Part shown: positions 30,427 through 40,320 of the stretch, in pieces
How the letters are laid out: each line of letters opens with the position of its first letter
How positions within the stretch are numbered: position 1 is the stretch's first letter
Origin: an uncultured delta proteobacterium
GTDB lineage: Bacteria > Desulfobacterota > Binatia > UBA9968
Direction: 5' to 3'
Assembly (NCBI GenBank): GCA_963745835.1
Contig: CAVUZH010000005.1
Coordinates: 96,001-160,000, forward strand
Length of the DNA stretch: 64,000 nt
Made by a program: the position numbers and the translations under genes
Notes under the pieces: generated by a model
What the model was told of the DNA's origin: nothing
Database searches by the model: none
What the model saw: the letters and a program-made list of their open reading frames with translations, nothing else

Positions 30427-32217
30427 TCAGCTCTCTTGGCGGTGCTTGGCCGGCCCTGTTGCTCGCGAAAGATTATAAGCGGTATTCACCAGTGAGATAT
30501 GGCTGAATGCTTGGGGAAAATTACCGAGGAGCCGTCGTGTTCCCGGATCGTATTCTTCGGACAGCAACCCCACGTCATTGCGCAGCTCCAGAAGCCGCTC
30601 GAAGAGTTTTAAAGCATCCTCTTGTCGGCCGAGCATCGCAAAATTATCCACCAGCCAAAAAGTGCAGGCGAGAAAGGCCGCCTCGCCTGGCGGCAGGCCA
30701 TCGACGTGTTCTTTTGTCGGATAGCGCAAGACGAAACCGTCGATCACCAAGTCGCGCTCGATAGCCTCGACCGTGCCTTTTACGCGCGGGTCGCTGGCCG
30801 GCAGAAATCCCACCAGCGGTATCATCAAGAGACTCGCATCGAGATCTTTCCCGCCGTAATACTGCACGAAGGTATTGCTTTCGCGATCGAAGCCCTTGTG
30901 AAAAATTTCCTGTCGCATGGTCTCGCGAAGGGCCCGCCAGCGTTCCACCGGCCCCTCCAGACCAAAGCGCTCGACCCCCTTGATCATGCGGTCCACGGCA
31001 ACCCAGGCCATGATTTTGGAGTGCGTGAAATGCCGGCGTGGGCCGCGCATTTCCCAAATTCCTTCATCGGGTTCGCGCCAGCAGGTTTCGAGAAAATCCA
31101 TCAGCGCGCGCTGCACGCGCCAGGCATTTTCATTGGCGTCCAGTCCGGCGCGCCGCGCCAGGTGCATGGTGTCCATCAACTCGCCGTAGACATCCAGCTG
31201 GAATTGTTGCCATGCCGCGTTGCCGGTCCGGACCGGAGCCGAGCCCTCGTAGCCCGGCAGCCAGGCTAATTCCATCTCGGTCAATCTGCGCTCGCCCGCC
31301 AAGCCGTACATAATATTGAGCTGTGACGGTTTGCCCGCCACCGCCCGGAGCAGCCACTCTCGCCAGGCGCAGGCTTCATCGGTGTAACCCGCCAGCATCA
31401 AAGCATACAACGTAAACGTGGCATCTCGCACCCAACAATAACGATAGTCCCAATTGCGCACGCCGCCGAGCTGTTCGGGAAGCGAGGTGGTCGGCGCCGC
31501 GACGATGCCACCCGTAGGCGCATAGGTGAGCGCTTTGAGCGTGATTAGCGATCGCAAGACGGCCTCGCGCCATGGTCCGGAGTAGGTGCAGCGGTTCGAC
31601 CAATCTTTCCACCAAGCTTCGGTGTGCGAGATAACTTCCTCCGCATTGATCATTGAAGGGGTGTCCTCATAGGAGGGATGCCACATCAGCACGAACGGAA
31701 CTCGCTCACCTTCAGATACGGTAAACTCAGCTTCGGTCCGGAAATTTTCGCCACGCAGTGGCACCGCGGTCTGCAGGTCCAAAGTATCGGGCCCGCCCAC
31801 TGCGCGAATTCCATACTCGGTACGGCGCACCCAGGGCACAATCGAGCCGTAGTCGAAACGGATGATGAGCTGCATTTGCATGCGCACTTTGCCGCGTCTG
31901 CCGATCACCATGCGCACCAGATCCGGTTCTTGACTGCGCGGCGGCATGCAATCGATCAAGGTGACGGCGCCGTCGTCGGTCTCATAATCGGTTTCAAGCA
32001 CCAGGGTGCCTTCGCGATATCGACGCTGGATCTGTCGAGTCGCGCTTGCCGGAGAGATTAACCAGCGGCCATGATCTTCACTCCCGAGCAGCGCCGAGAA
32101 ACAGGCGCCAGAATCGAAACGCGGAAAGCAGAGCCAATCTATCGAGCCATTGCGCGCCACCAAAGCGGCGGTATGGCAGTCGCCTATCAATGCGTAATCT
32201 TCAATCGGTACTGACAT
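30427..32217 (-). CDS. Glycoside hydrolase family 15 (trehalase/glucoamylase-like)
   Basis: IEDYALIGD, PRFDS, AAPTTSLPE, RNWDYRYCWVRD, QLDVYGE, GIWE, LLSEE, GNFPQAFSH. Confidence 0.94.
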   Translation of the reverse strand: MSVPIEDYALIGDCHTAALVARNGSIDWLCFPRFDSGACFSALLGSEDHGRWLISPASATRQIQRRYREGTLVLETDYETDDGAVTLIDCMPPRSQEPDLVRMVIGRRGKVRMQMQLIIRFDYGSIVPWVRRTEYGIRAVGGPDTLDLQTAVPLRGENFRTEAEFTVSEGERVPFVLMWHPSYEDTPSMINAEEVISHTEAWWKDWSNRCTYSGPWREAVLRSLITLKALTYAPTGGIVAAPTTSLPEQLGGVRNWDYRYCWVRDATFTLYALMLAGYTDEACAWREWLLRAVAGKPSQLNIMYGLAGERRLTEMELAWLPGYEGSAPVRTGNAAWQQFQLDVYGELMDTMHLARRAGLDANENAWRVQRALMDFLETCWREPDEGIWEMRGPRRHFTHSKIMAWVAVDRMIKGVERFGLEGPVERWRALRETMRQEIFHKGFDRESNTFVQYYGGKDLDASLLMIPLVGFLPASDPRVKGTVEAIERDLVIDGFVLRYPTKEHVDGLPPGEAAFLACTFWLVDNFAMLGRQEDALKLFERLLELRNDVGLLSEEYDPGTRRLLGNFPQAFSHISLVNTAYNLSRATGPAKHRQES

Positions 32218-32503
32218 CAATTCTCCCGCTGCCTCTGTTCCTTCTGCCTGATGAGAAAGCCCGAGCTAGCGATTGCTCTGAGGTATTGATCAATGTTGCG
32301 CTCAGCCGTGTTCCGTTTCGTGTTCGTTTCAATTCCGATCAGGTGTCCTGGAGCGGCCGTCGCCTAAGAACCTTAAGATCCTTTGGAGCGGGTTGTTAAA
32401 GTTTCTGTGAAAAAGTTGCTCCGTTTATGTCTGCTTAGATTGTGCTTGCTAACAAGATAGCGTCCAAGATGCGTATTTTGAAGATGTGAACCTGAAACTG
32501 GGA

Positions 32504-32665
32504 TCAATGTTTGAGGATGATGTAGACGCTGGTGATGCCGGGAACATAGCCTAGCACCGTAAGCAAAATATTCTGCCGGAATTGCCTCGTGAGTCCCACT
32601 TCGAGGAACACGCCCAGCGCGGCAAGACGACAGCCAAGATGATCTTCAATGGATCTGTAGCAGTA
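32504..32665 (-). pseudogene. YqaE/Pmp3 (UPF0057) small stress membrane protein, frameshifted, start not evident
   Basis: DPLKIILAVVLP / PLGVFLEVGLTRQFRQNILLTVLGYVPGITSVYIILKH-TGA matches the Pmp3 pattern after one frame change. Confidence 0.7.
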
Positions 32666-32929
32666 AAGGATGTGGCGCGTCGACAGTTCGTGCTGGCGGT
32701 TGCCGTCACCGTGCTAACTCTCACGATACTGCGTGGCGTGGAGTTCCTAGAACGCCGAATTAACAAGTCGACAGATGAACGATAACTCTAGGTGATTGTT
32801 AAGCTCGGTATGTTCGACCGGAGGTGTGGTGCAGTGTTGCTCACGCAGTCACTACACCACTCCAGCCGGTAAGATCTCGTCTCGTTACTTCTTGCGGCCC
32901 GCCAGAACAATCTCGCGTCGGGCAACTGA

Positions 32930-34432
32930 TCAGCCCGGGCTTTTACCGTCAGGATTTTTCAATGCGACAAAGACACTGTTGCCGCCGCGCTGGATCAAGA
33001 AGAGCAGGTTCGCGCCCGGCTTGGCTTGATCGAGAGCCTTGCGCAATTCAGCGGCGTTGCCGATCTTCCTGCGATCTACTTCCAGAATCACGTCACCGCG
33101 CTGAAGACCAGCCTCAGCGGCCGCGCTTTGCGGTTCAACCGAGCTGATAACCACTCCGTCGGCGCGGTTCAATCCCAGAGTCTTGGCTAATTCGGGCGTC
33201 ATGTTCTGGACGGTCATGCCTAAATTCCCGGATTGCGGCGCGGAAGCAACCACTTCCTCCTCTTTCAACTCCGCAATCTTGACGCTGAGCGGCATGCGCT
33301 GCTTATCTCTCAGGACCGTCATATTCACGTTTTTGCCTACCTCGATGCGAGCGACAATAGCGGGCAGCTTACTGGAATCGTCGATCCTTTCTCCGGCAAA
33401 CTCGACGATCACGTCGCCCGCTTGCACGCCGGCCTGAGCCGCAGGACTACCCTCGACCACGCTCGAGACCAGCGCCCCCTGGTTCTTTTCCAGTCCAAGA
33501 GCTTGAGCGATCTCCGGAGTGACTCTCTGAATGCTGACTCCCAACCAACCGCGAGTGACTTTTCCTTTCTTGATCAATTCAGGCAAGATCTCTTTCGCCG
33601 TGTTGATTGGAATGGCAAAGCCAATCCCGAGATTGCCTCCGGTACGGCTGAAAATCGCCGTGTTGATGGCGATCACTTCGCCGCGCAGGTTGACCAAAGG
33701 CCCGCCCGAATTTCCAGGATTGATCGAAGCGTCGGTTTGAATGAAATTATCATAAGGGCCGGCGCCAATCTGCCTGCCTTTGGCGCTGACCACACCCGCT
33801 GTCAAGGTATTATCCAAACCGAACGGACTGCCCATCGCAACCACCCACTCGCCCACTTCAAGCCGGCTCGAATCGCCTAAAGGCGCTACTGGAAGGTTTC
33901 CCTTTCCTTCGGTGACCTGGATCACCGCTAGATCGGTTTTTGGATCCCGACCCACTACTTTGGCGTCGAACTCCCGTTGGTCCGAGAGTTTCACGGTGAT
34001 TTTATCCGCGTTCTCGACAACATGATTATTGGTCAAAACCAATCCTTTCTGGTCGATGATAAAACCGGAACCGAGACCCCGGCGCGGAGCTGTTTGCGGA
34101 CCTCCAGGCGCGCCAAACTGATCGCCGAAAAACCGACGCCAGAACTCGCTGAAGGGATCGTTTCCACCGAAGGGCTCCTGTCCGCCGAAGGGATCCGGGG
34201 ACGGAGACGGCTGCCCGCGAGTTGGTCCCTTGGGAGCCCCCTGTGTTGTCGAAATATTGACGACAGCCGGCGCTAATTTTTCCGCTAGCTGCACGAAATC
34301 AGGTAACCCGGTTTGTTTGGCAGTTTGTGCCTGAGCTGCTGCTGCGCCGTACGCTGTCGATCCAGCCGGGCCGAGCAAGCAAAACAAGCCGATAGCGCTC
34401 GATATGATTTTGGTTCTGCGATACGAAAACAT
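32930..34432 (-). CDS. HtrA/DegP-DegQ serine endoprotease with two PDZ domains
   Basis: GGAGG RBS; signal peptide; GSGFII, TNNHV, DLAV, IQTDASINPGNSGG; two PDZ domains. Confidence 0.95.
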   Translation of the reverse strand: MFSYRRTKIISSAIGLFCLLGPAGSTAYGAAAAQAQTAKQTGLPDFVQLAEKLAPAVVNISTTQGAPKGPTRGQPSPSPDPFGGQEPFGGNDPFSEFWRRFFGDQFGAPGGPQTAPRRGLGSGFIIDQKGLVLTNNHVVENADKITVKLSDQREFDAKVVGRDPKTDLAVIQVTEGKGNLPVAPLGDSSRLEVGEWVVAMGSPFGLDNTLTAGVVSAKGRQIGAGPYDNFIQTDASINPGNSGGPLVNLRGEVIAINTAIFSRTGGNLGIGFAIPINTAKEILPELIKKGKVTRGWLGVSIQRVTPEIAQALGLEKNQGALVSSVVEGSPAAQAGVQAGDVIVEFAGERIDDSSKLPAIVARIEVGKNVNMTVLRDKQRMPLSVKIAELKEEEVVASAPQSGNLGMTVQNMTPELAKTLGLNRADGVVISSVEPQSAAAEAGLQRGDVILEVDRRKIGNAAELRKALDQAKPGANLLFLIQRGGNSVFVALKNPDGKSPG

Positions 34433-34786
34433 TTTGTCTCCTCCGTTGTCGATCTAGTCTATGAATTCAACTTGGCAATGAACCACACCATCGACGCGCC
34501 ACTAAGTCTGGCTCCTAGACACGCAGCCAGCATTGGTCGTCTTGTCGCGTGGGCTCGGTAAAACATTTCACGCCGCCGCAGATGGAACAAGAGATGACGC
34601 AGCAGTTTTAGACTAGCAGACAGGTTAGAAATTTACAGGCCGCGCGAGATTTCAGTTTGGACGCGCCCGAGGGCTCCCTTCAGATCCTTTCAGTGATTGA
34701 ATTTTTGCCGATCCCTGGCATATACCAAAGCTAACCTTCGAGGTTCATGGCTCTTCTGCTTTGACTCCTCAGAAGGAGAATACCTC

Positions 34787-35020
34787 ATGACCGGCACCTA
34801 CAAATTGCACCTCATCACATCGACGGCCCAACTTGATCCGAAAACAAGGAGATCTAACCCCAAAGTTTCAATCCTTTGTCCGAGCGAACGGGGCAAACAA
34901 CTCATGAAGAGAGTCATGTTAAAAAAAAGCTTTGAAACACCAGAAGAGGCAGAACGGGAGGGTGTGGCGTTTGCACAGAAATGGATCGACGACGGCAAAC
35001 CCGATCTTCCGCAACCATAG
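34787..35020 (+). CDS. Small hypothetical protein (KWIDDGKPDL family, copy 2)
   Basis: AAGGAG RBS; FETPEEAEREGVAFAQKWIDDGKPDL matches the paralog at 7353-7586. Confidence 0.7.
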   Translation: MTGTYKLHLITSTAQLDPKTRRSNPKVSILCPSERGKQLMKRVMLKKSFETPEEAEREGVAFAQKWIDDGKPDLPQP

Positions 35021-35095
35021 ATCAACCACTAACCGAAGGAGCGACATCCGCGCCGCGGCCTCGGACTTGGCATCATGGATCCACGACTCTGCTGG

Positions 35096-36355
35096 CTATC
35101 GCGCCGCAGGTTCAGCGGCCGACCTGAGCGATCCATAGTACGCAGTCACGTCGCGCATCTGCTGCGGCGTTAGCCGGCCGGCAACCCGATGCATAATGTG
35201 AGCGTAAGGCGTGCCGCCGCGGCTTTGTTTGTTGAACAGTTCGAGCTGCAGAGCGAGGTATTCTGAATGTTGCCCGGCGAGCTCGGGGTAAATTGGGTTT
35301 CGCCGAAGACGGTTGGGACCATGACAGGCGCTGCATGCGGGAACCCGCCGGCTCGGGATGCCGCGCATGGCGATCTCTCTGCCGCGTTCAATAGCCGGGG
35401 CGATTTCCTCCGACACCGGCGCTGGAGGCGGCGCCGGTAAGTTGCCATAGTACTGCGCGATCTCGCGCATGTCTTTCGCTGTCAAGCTGGCGGCAAGCGG
35501 CTGCATAATTCCGCTGTGACGCTCGCCGCGTGCGAATGCCAGAAGCGACGCAAAGAGGTAATCTGTTCGCTGCCCCGCAAGGATCGGAAACACGCTCAAG
35601 TCCCGGGTGCGATTATCGACAATGTGACAGCGCGCGCAGTTATCAGTGATGATGCGAGGCGCTTGTTTCGACTCGGTCAGATCGTCAATAGTTGCGGCTG
35701 GCGCCTTCAAGCTGCGCGCCACCTTCAGATACTCTTGCGCGGTGAGTTTGGGAATTTTCAGCAGAAACGCGACCACGGCCCAGACTTCGTCATCGCGCTG
35801 TTGCGCCGGCCATGCCGGCATCCCGGTAAATTTGACGCCATGCTTGACGATATAAAAGAGCTCCTCCGGCTGCCATTTGGGAATCTCCGGCGGCAGGTGC
35901 GGCGGGTGCGGCGTCATATGACCTGCGATGACCGGTTGGGGCAGATGCGGCCCGCCATGGCACGGCCGGCAGCCAAATTCATAATGAGTCGCGCCTTTAG
36001 CGACGAGAGCGGCGTCATCAAGTTTTGGAGCGTTCATGCCGAGAGAATGGGTGATAACGGAACGGCGCATGGTGAAATTCAGCAACCATGCGGTGATCGG
36101 CCAGTGCCCGGAGCTGGCCTTGATCGGCATGATTCCTGATGCGGCGAACAAGAAGCCGCCCAAGGCGGCGACCACGGCGAATGCAATAGCTTTAAAAACC
36201 CAATGCTTTGCCTTATGACCGGGTCGATCTTTCAGCGCCTCCGTACTTCCGGCGCTCATCGAGGGCGCGGCGTCTCTGTGTAAGAATTGAACCAGCGTGA
36301 TTACCGCCGCGGCAACGAACGCGCAGATCAAGACGGTGTTCCTGAATAACTGCAT
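35096..36355 (-). CDS. Membrane-anchored tri-heme c-type cytochrome (c4/c553-like domains)
   Basis: Heme motifs CRPCH, CARCH, CSACH; TGMPAW and PxLAGQ motifs; TAATG overlap with ctaG. Confidence 0.88.
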   Translation of the reverse strand: MQLFRNTVLICAFVAAAVITLVQFLHRDAAPSMSAGSTEALKDRPGHKAKHWVFKAIAFAVVAALGGFLFAASGIMPIKASSGHWPITAWLLNFTMRRSVITHSLGMNAPKLDDAALVAKGATHYEFGCRPCHGGPHLPQPVIAGHMTPHPPHLPPEIPKWQPEELFYIVKHGVKFTGMPAWPAQQRDDEVWAVVAFLLKIPKLTAQEYLKVARSLKAPAATIDDLTESKQAPRIITDNCARCHIVDNRTRDLSVFPILAGQRTDYLFASLLAFARGERHSGIMQPLAASLTAKDMREIAQYYGNLPAPPPAPVSEEIAPAIERGREIAMRGIPSRRVPACSACHGPNRLRRNPIYPELAGQHSEYLALQLELFNKQSRGGTPYAHIMHRVAGRLTPQQMRDVTAYYGSLRSAAEPAAR

Positions 36356-36987
36356 TAAGAAGGCTCCACCGGCGCGAGCATAGGTTCGCGCAGCAAACGA
36401 ATGGTCAGCCACAGACCGCCGAGCAGATACGAAAGGCCGCCGACAAGCAGCATGATCGCGCCGCCGAGATGTTGGTCATCGATAGCCGTAAGCCCGGAGA
36501 ATTCTCCGGCATGGGCATAAAGCGGACGTGGGCTGAGCGCCAGCAGCGCGCCCAGCAAGGTCATGTGCATGGCGGTGAGCAGGAGAGCGACCAGTCCGGC
36601 GGCGCTGCGGTTGCTCCGGCGCGCGGAGTTGCCGCCGAATGCCGATAGCCAGACAAAAACACCGGCGACGAAAAACATTCCTTGCTCGATGATCAACACC
36701 ACCGTGTGGTGACGCGCCGCATGGTGCAACGCCGGCGCATGCCAAGCCCAGACCACAACAAGCTCGAGAATAGATGCGGGGATCGGGGCGAACAGCCGTG
36801 GAGCCTGCCGGGTTGCATCGAAGCGACCGCCGGCGATACCCAGTGCAAGCACGGGCGCGGCCACGGCGACCACGCCCATGTGCATCAGCATGTGCGCAAA
36901 GAACGCCTGGCGCGCGAGCTGCGGCAGCGGCCCCAGCCAGACGGCAGCCAGGATCAACAATCCGCCGGCTATGACACCGCGGCGCAT
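36355..36987 (-). CDS. ctaG: Caa3-type cytochrome c oxidase assembly factor (Caa3_CtaG family)
   Basis: AHMLMHM, WAWHAPALH, HMTLLGALL, DQHLGG; within oxidase operon. Confidence 0.82.
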   Translation of the reverse strand: MRRGVIAGGLLILAAVWLGPLPQLARQAFFAHMLMHMGVVAVAAPVLALGIAGGRFDATRQAPRLFAPIPASILELVVVWAWHAPALHHAARHHTVVLIIEQGMFFVAGVFVWLSAFGGNSARRSNRSAAGLVALLLTAMHMTLLGALLALSPRPLYAHAGEFSGLTAIDDQHLGGAIMLLVGGLSYLLGGLWLTIRLLREPMLAPVEPS

Positions 36988-37373
36988 CAGTAACAGCTCC
37001 GGACGAATACCGCGACCAGTGCCGCGTAGACGACAGCCACCGCGCTCAGCGCCGACAGCAGCAGGGTGGCAAAACCCAGGAAACGGTGCCGGTCCTCGGG
37101 CGTGTCATCATCGTGCGGCAGGTTAGCCTGGCCGAAGCTATGCCTATGATGGCCATTCCAACCAATGACCCCAATGGCAGCGAGTGCCAGCGCGGTGTAG
37201 ACGCCAATGGCGATGCGCGCGCTGTCCAGCGGACCGCCGAGCCCGACAACCTTGGCGCACCACACCGCGGCGGTGCCGTAGCACAGCAGGAAATGCGCCG
37301 CCCAAATCACCGGCGAGGCGGTGAGCAGCCACAGGCTTTCTTTTGCTTCAGGCAGCTCTTTTCGAGTGGTCAT
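36987..37373 (-). CDS. Small membrane protein of the oxidase operon
   Basis: Three TM helices; SPVIWAAHFLLCY; overlaps ctaG start. Confidence 0.8.
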   Translation of the reverse strand: MTTRKELPEAKESLWLLTASPVIWAAHFLLCYGTAAVWCAKVVGLGGPLDSARIAIGVYTALALAAIGVIGWNGHHRHSFGQANLPHDDDTPEDRHRFLGFATLLLSALSAVAVVYAALVAVFVRSCY

Positions 37374-37390
37374 TATGATCTACAGAGCAA

Positions 37391-37650
37391 CAGTTCAAAT
37401 CGTTCAATCGCATTTGCTCTGTTCAATCGCTCTGCTCCGTTCAAGCCGTGCTCCACGTATTCCGATTGTTCCAGCCAACCGAGGGCAACGTTTAGCTTTC
37501 CTGCGACGAATAGCTGGATGCTTGGCCTCTTGCCTTTACGAGTGAACTCCGTTGTCCTGAGTTTGCGCTAGCTTTGTGGTGCTTAACTCTCCGCGCGATC
37601 TTCTCTGCAACGATTTGAACGACTGGAACTGCTGGAACTGTTTGAACGCA
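37391..37650. repeat. GTTCAA/TTGAAC-arm palindromic element (copy A)
   Basis: Left arm of GTTCAA units (37391-37444), ~160-nt core, right arm of TTGAAC/TGGAAC units (~37607-37650). Confidence 0.7.
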
Positions 37651-37656
37651 TTTACT

Positions 37657-40191
37657 TTAGGTTGCCAGCGGAAAACCGGCGATTACAGCGATCGTGATCG
37701 CAGCGGTCAGCGCGGTGAAATGCCAGTAAAGCGCCACGTTGCTGATGTCGCTGTCATAGCGGGCCGTCATTCGTCCGGCGATCCGGCGCGCCAAGCAGTA
37801 CAGTTGCATAATCACGCCTACCAAAACTTGAGTCGCGGTCCAGATCACAAGTATCCACACGGTCGCCGGATAGACATGACTCGTCGGATCGAGCCCGGTG
37901 AACCACGGCGCTGCGATCAGCGCGGCTGCGCCGGCTATGGCCAAGCCAACGGCGATTAACACGCTGCCGTAAAAGCCAACCGCGCTATCATTTCTATTCC
38001 AGCGACGCGCCAGCAACGTGAGCAGCCAGGCTCCCAGCAAAAGGACCGCCGCCAGTCCCGGCCAGAACACGCCGGGCCCCGGCGCCGGCTTCGGCGGAAA
38101 GTCGGTGCGCACCGTCCAGAAGAAAAAATAGCCGAACACGAGCGACATGAATGCGCTTAGCATCGCCAGCATCGTGATGAACATCGCCCACCATCCGACC
38201 GATTCGCGCCCCGACATATAGAGCGGCAAGGTTAGGCCCAGACCGACATCCTTTTTTTCTTTTTCAGGAATGAGCGCTGTCCCGGTCCATAACCAGTAAA
38301 TGATGACGCAAAGCGCCAGCGCCAGGCTAAGCATCGCCGGCCACCACCAGTGATAGGTGCCGAAGATGAAAAAGCCGCCGGTCGTCAGAGCGGCCCAAAG
38401 AGTGATGAATGATGAACCGGGAAGCCTGGCGCATTGCTGGGGCTGCGCGTCGATGACCGAAGTGATGATGGTTTCCCGTCTCCCTTCTTCGGCATCCGGC
38501 AAATAGAAGCGGCCTTGATCGATGTCGCGCACAAAATTCGCTTGATCCCAGAGCGGGTAGCGGCTGTCAATCTCCGGAATGGAGCGAATACCCCAGGACT
38601 TGCCGGGCATCTCTTGAGCCCACTCAATCGTGCCGGCCTGCCACGGATTGCGCGCCGCGTAAGGCTGCTTCTTCTTTGGCCGCACGATGTCCCAGAAAAC
38701 GACGCCAAGACCGGCGGCAAGAATGAAAGCGCCGATCGTAGTCGTCAGGTTGAGCGCGTCAAATCCGAGACCGGCCGGATAGGTGAAAACACGCCGTGGC
38801 ATGCCGCGCAAGCCGGTTATATGCATCGGCAGAAAGGCGATGTTGAAGCCGGTGAACGCCAGCCAGAAGGCGATCTTGCCGAGTTTGTCCGAGAGCATTT
38901 TGCCGTTGATCAGTGGGAAGAAATAATAACAACCAGCGAGAATCGGGAAGAGCGCGCCGCCGATCAGGACGTAGTGGAAGTGGGCGACGACGAAAAAGGT
39001 GTCGTGCGCCTGAAAATCAAACGGCGCCACCGCAACCATCACGCCGGTCAATCCGCCGAGCACGAAAATCACCAGGCTGCCGAAGGCGTAAAGCATCGGT
39101 ACCGAACGGACCACACGCCCCGCCGCCAGGGTCGCGATGAAGCAGAAAATCTGCACGCCGGTGGGCAGCGCTACCGCCTGAGAAGCGGCGGCGAACAAGC
39201 CGATCGAGATTCCCGGAAGCCCGGTCGTGAACATGTGATGCACCCACAGTCCAAAGCTTAGAAAACCCGTGCCCACCGCCGCCAGCACAATCCAGCTGTA
39301 GCCGATGATCGGCCTGCCCGCGAAGGTCGGCACGATCATCGCAATCAGCGCGACCGAGGGCAGAAAGATGATGTAGACCTCCGGGTGACCGAAGAGCCAG
39401 AAGAGATGCTGCCACAGCAGCGGGTCGCCGCCGCCCGCGGGATTAAAAAATGGCCAATGAAACGCTCGCTCGACTTCCAAAAGCATGCTGCCGGCAATAA
39501 GCGGCGGAAACGCGAAGACGATCATCGCCGCCGCCACCAGGACGTACCAGACATAGAGCGGGACGAGGTTGATGCGCATCCCCGGAGGCCGGGTTTTGAG
39601 CGAGCCAACCACCATCTCGACGGCGGCGGCAATGGCGGCAATTTCGATGAACGAAAATCCCAACAGCCAGATATCCGCGCCGATGTCCGATTGATAAGTC
39701 GAAGTAAGCGGCGGGTACATGAACCAGCCGCCGCGCGGCGCGGCGTTGAAAAAGATCGAACCGCACAAAAATATCCCGCCCAATAAGAAGCACCAGAAGC
39801 CGAAGGCCGACAAACGCGGAAAAGGCAGGTCGCGCGCGCCCAGCATCTGCGGCAGGAACAATACGGCTATCGCCTCGAAGATAGGTATCGCAAAAAGAAA
39901 CATCATCACCGAACCGTGAACGGTGAACGCCTGGTTATAAAGCTCGGCGGAGAGAAAGTCGTTATTGGGCACCGCTAATTGAATGCGCATGAGGAGCGCC
40001 AGCACACCGCCAAAAAGCAGAAACAGCAAGGTCATGCCGGTATACCAAAGCCCGACGTCCGAATTGTTGACCGAGGACCAGTAGCGAAAACCTGACGGTG
40101 TTTCCCACGTTTTCTCCAGCCGCTGCGCCTGCGCCCGCTGGATCTCGTCGGCCGGCGCCACAGCGAGAGGTTCGATGTCGGATTGGTTCAT
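37657..40191 (-). CDS. ctaD: Cytochrome c oxidase subunit I fused to subunit III (A1-type)
   Basis: HGSVMMF, GWFMYPPL, FGHPEVY, WVHH, HFHY, GMPRR; C-terminal subunit III-like part ending ALYWHF. Confidence 0.94.
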   Translation of the reverse strand: MNQSDIEPLAVAPADEIQRAQAQRLEKTWETPSGFRYWSSVNNSDVGLWYTGMTLLFLLFGGVLALLMRIQLAVPNNDFLSAELYNQAFTVHGSVMMFLFAIPIFEAIAVLFLPQMLGARDLPFPRLSAFGFWCFLLGGIFLCGSIFFNAAPRGGWFMYPPLTSTYQSDIGADIWLLGFSFIEIAAIAAAVEMVVGSLKTRPPGMRINLVPLYVWYVLVAAAMIVFAFPPLIAGSMLLEVERAFHWPFFNPAGGGDPLLWQHLFWLFGHPEVYIIFLPSVALIAMIVPTFAGRPIIGYSWIVLAAVGTGFLSFGLWVHHMFTTGLPGISIGLFAAASQAVALPTGVQIFCFIATLAAGRVVRSVPMLYAFGSLVIFVLGGLTGVMVAVAPFDFQAHDTFFVVAHFHYVLIGGALFPILAGCYYFFPLINGKMLSDKLGKIAFWLAFTGFNIAFLPMHITGLRGMPRRVFTYPAGLGFDALNLTTTIGAFILAAGLGVVFWDIVRPKKKQPYAARNPWQAGTIEWAQEMPGKSWGIRSIPEIDSRYPLWDQANFVRDIDQGRFYLPDAEEGRRETIITSVIDAQPQQCARLPGSSFITLWAALTTGGFFIFGTYHWWWPAMLSLALALCVIIYWLWTGTALIPEKEKKDVGLGLTLPLYMSGRESVGWWAMFITMLAMLSAFMSLVFGYFFFWTVRTDFPPKPAPGPGVFWPGLAAVLLLGAWLLTLLARRWNRNDSAVGFYGSVLIAVGLAIAGAAALIAAPWFTGLDPTSHVYPATVWILVIWTATQVLVGVIMQLYCLARRIAGRMTARYDSDISNVALYWHFTALTAAITIAVIAGFPLAT

Positions 40192-40203
40192 GACATTAAA
40201 TTA

Positions 40204-40316
40204 CGTTGAAGCCGTTCAACTGCGTTGCTCAGTTCAATCGCTATGCTCCGTTCAAATCGCCGGAATCCCTAAGACGCTTTGAATGCGTTGAATGATTTGA
40301 TCGATTTGAACAAAAC
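40204..40316. repeat. GTTCAA/TTGAAC-arm palindromic element (copy B)
   Basis: GTTCAATCGCTATGCTCCGTTCAA at 40232-40255 differs by 1 nt from 37421-37444; TTGAA(T/C) units on the right. Confidence 0.7.
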
Positions 40317-40320
40317 GTTT

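Noticed and set aside
34716-34732. TGGCATATACCAAAGC as a sigma54 promoter
   Set aside because: GG-to-GC spacing is 11 rather than 10 and the -12 TTGC is absent.
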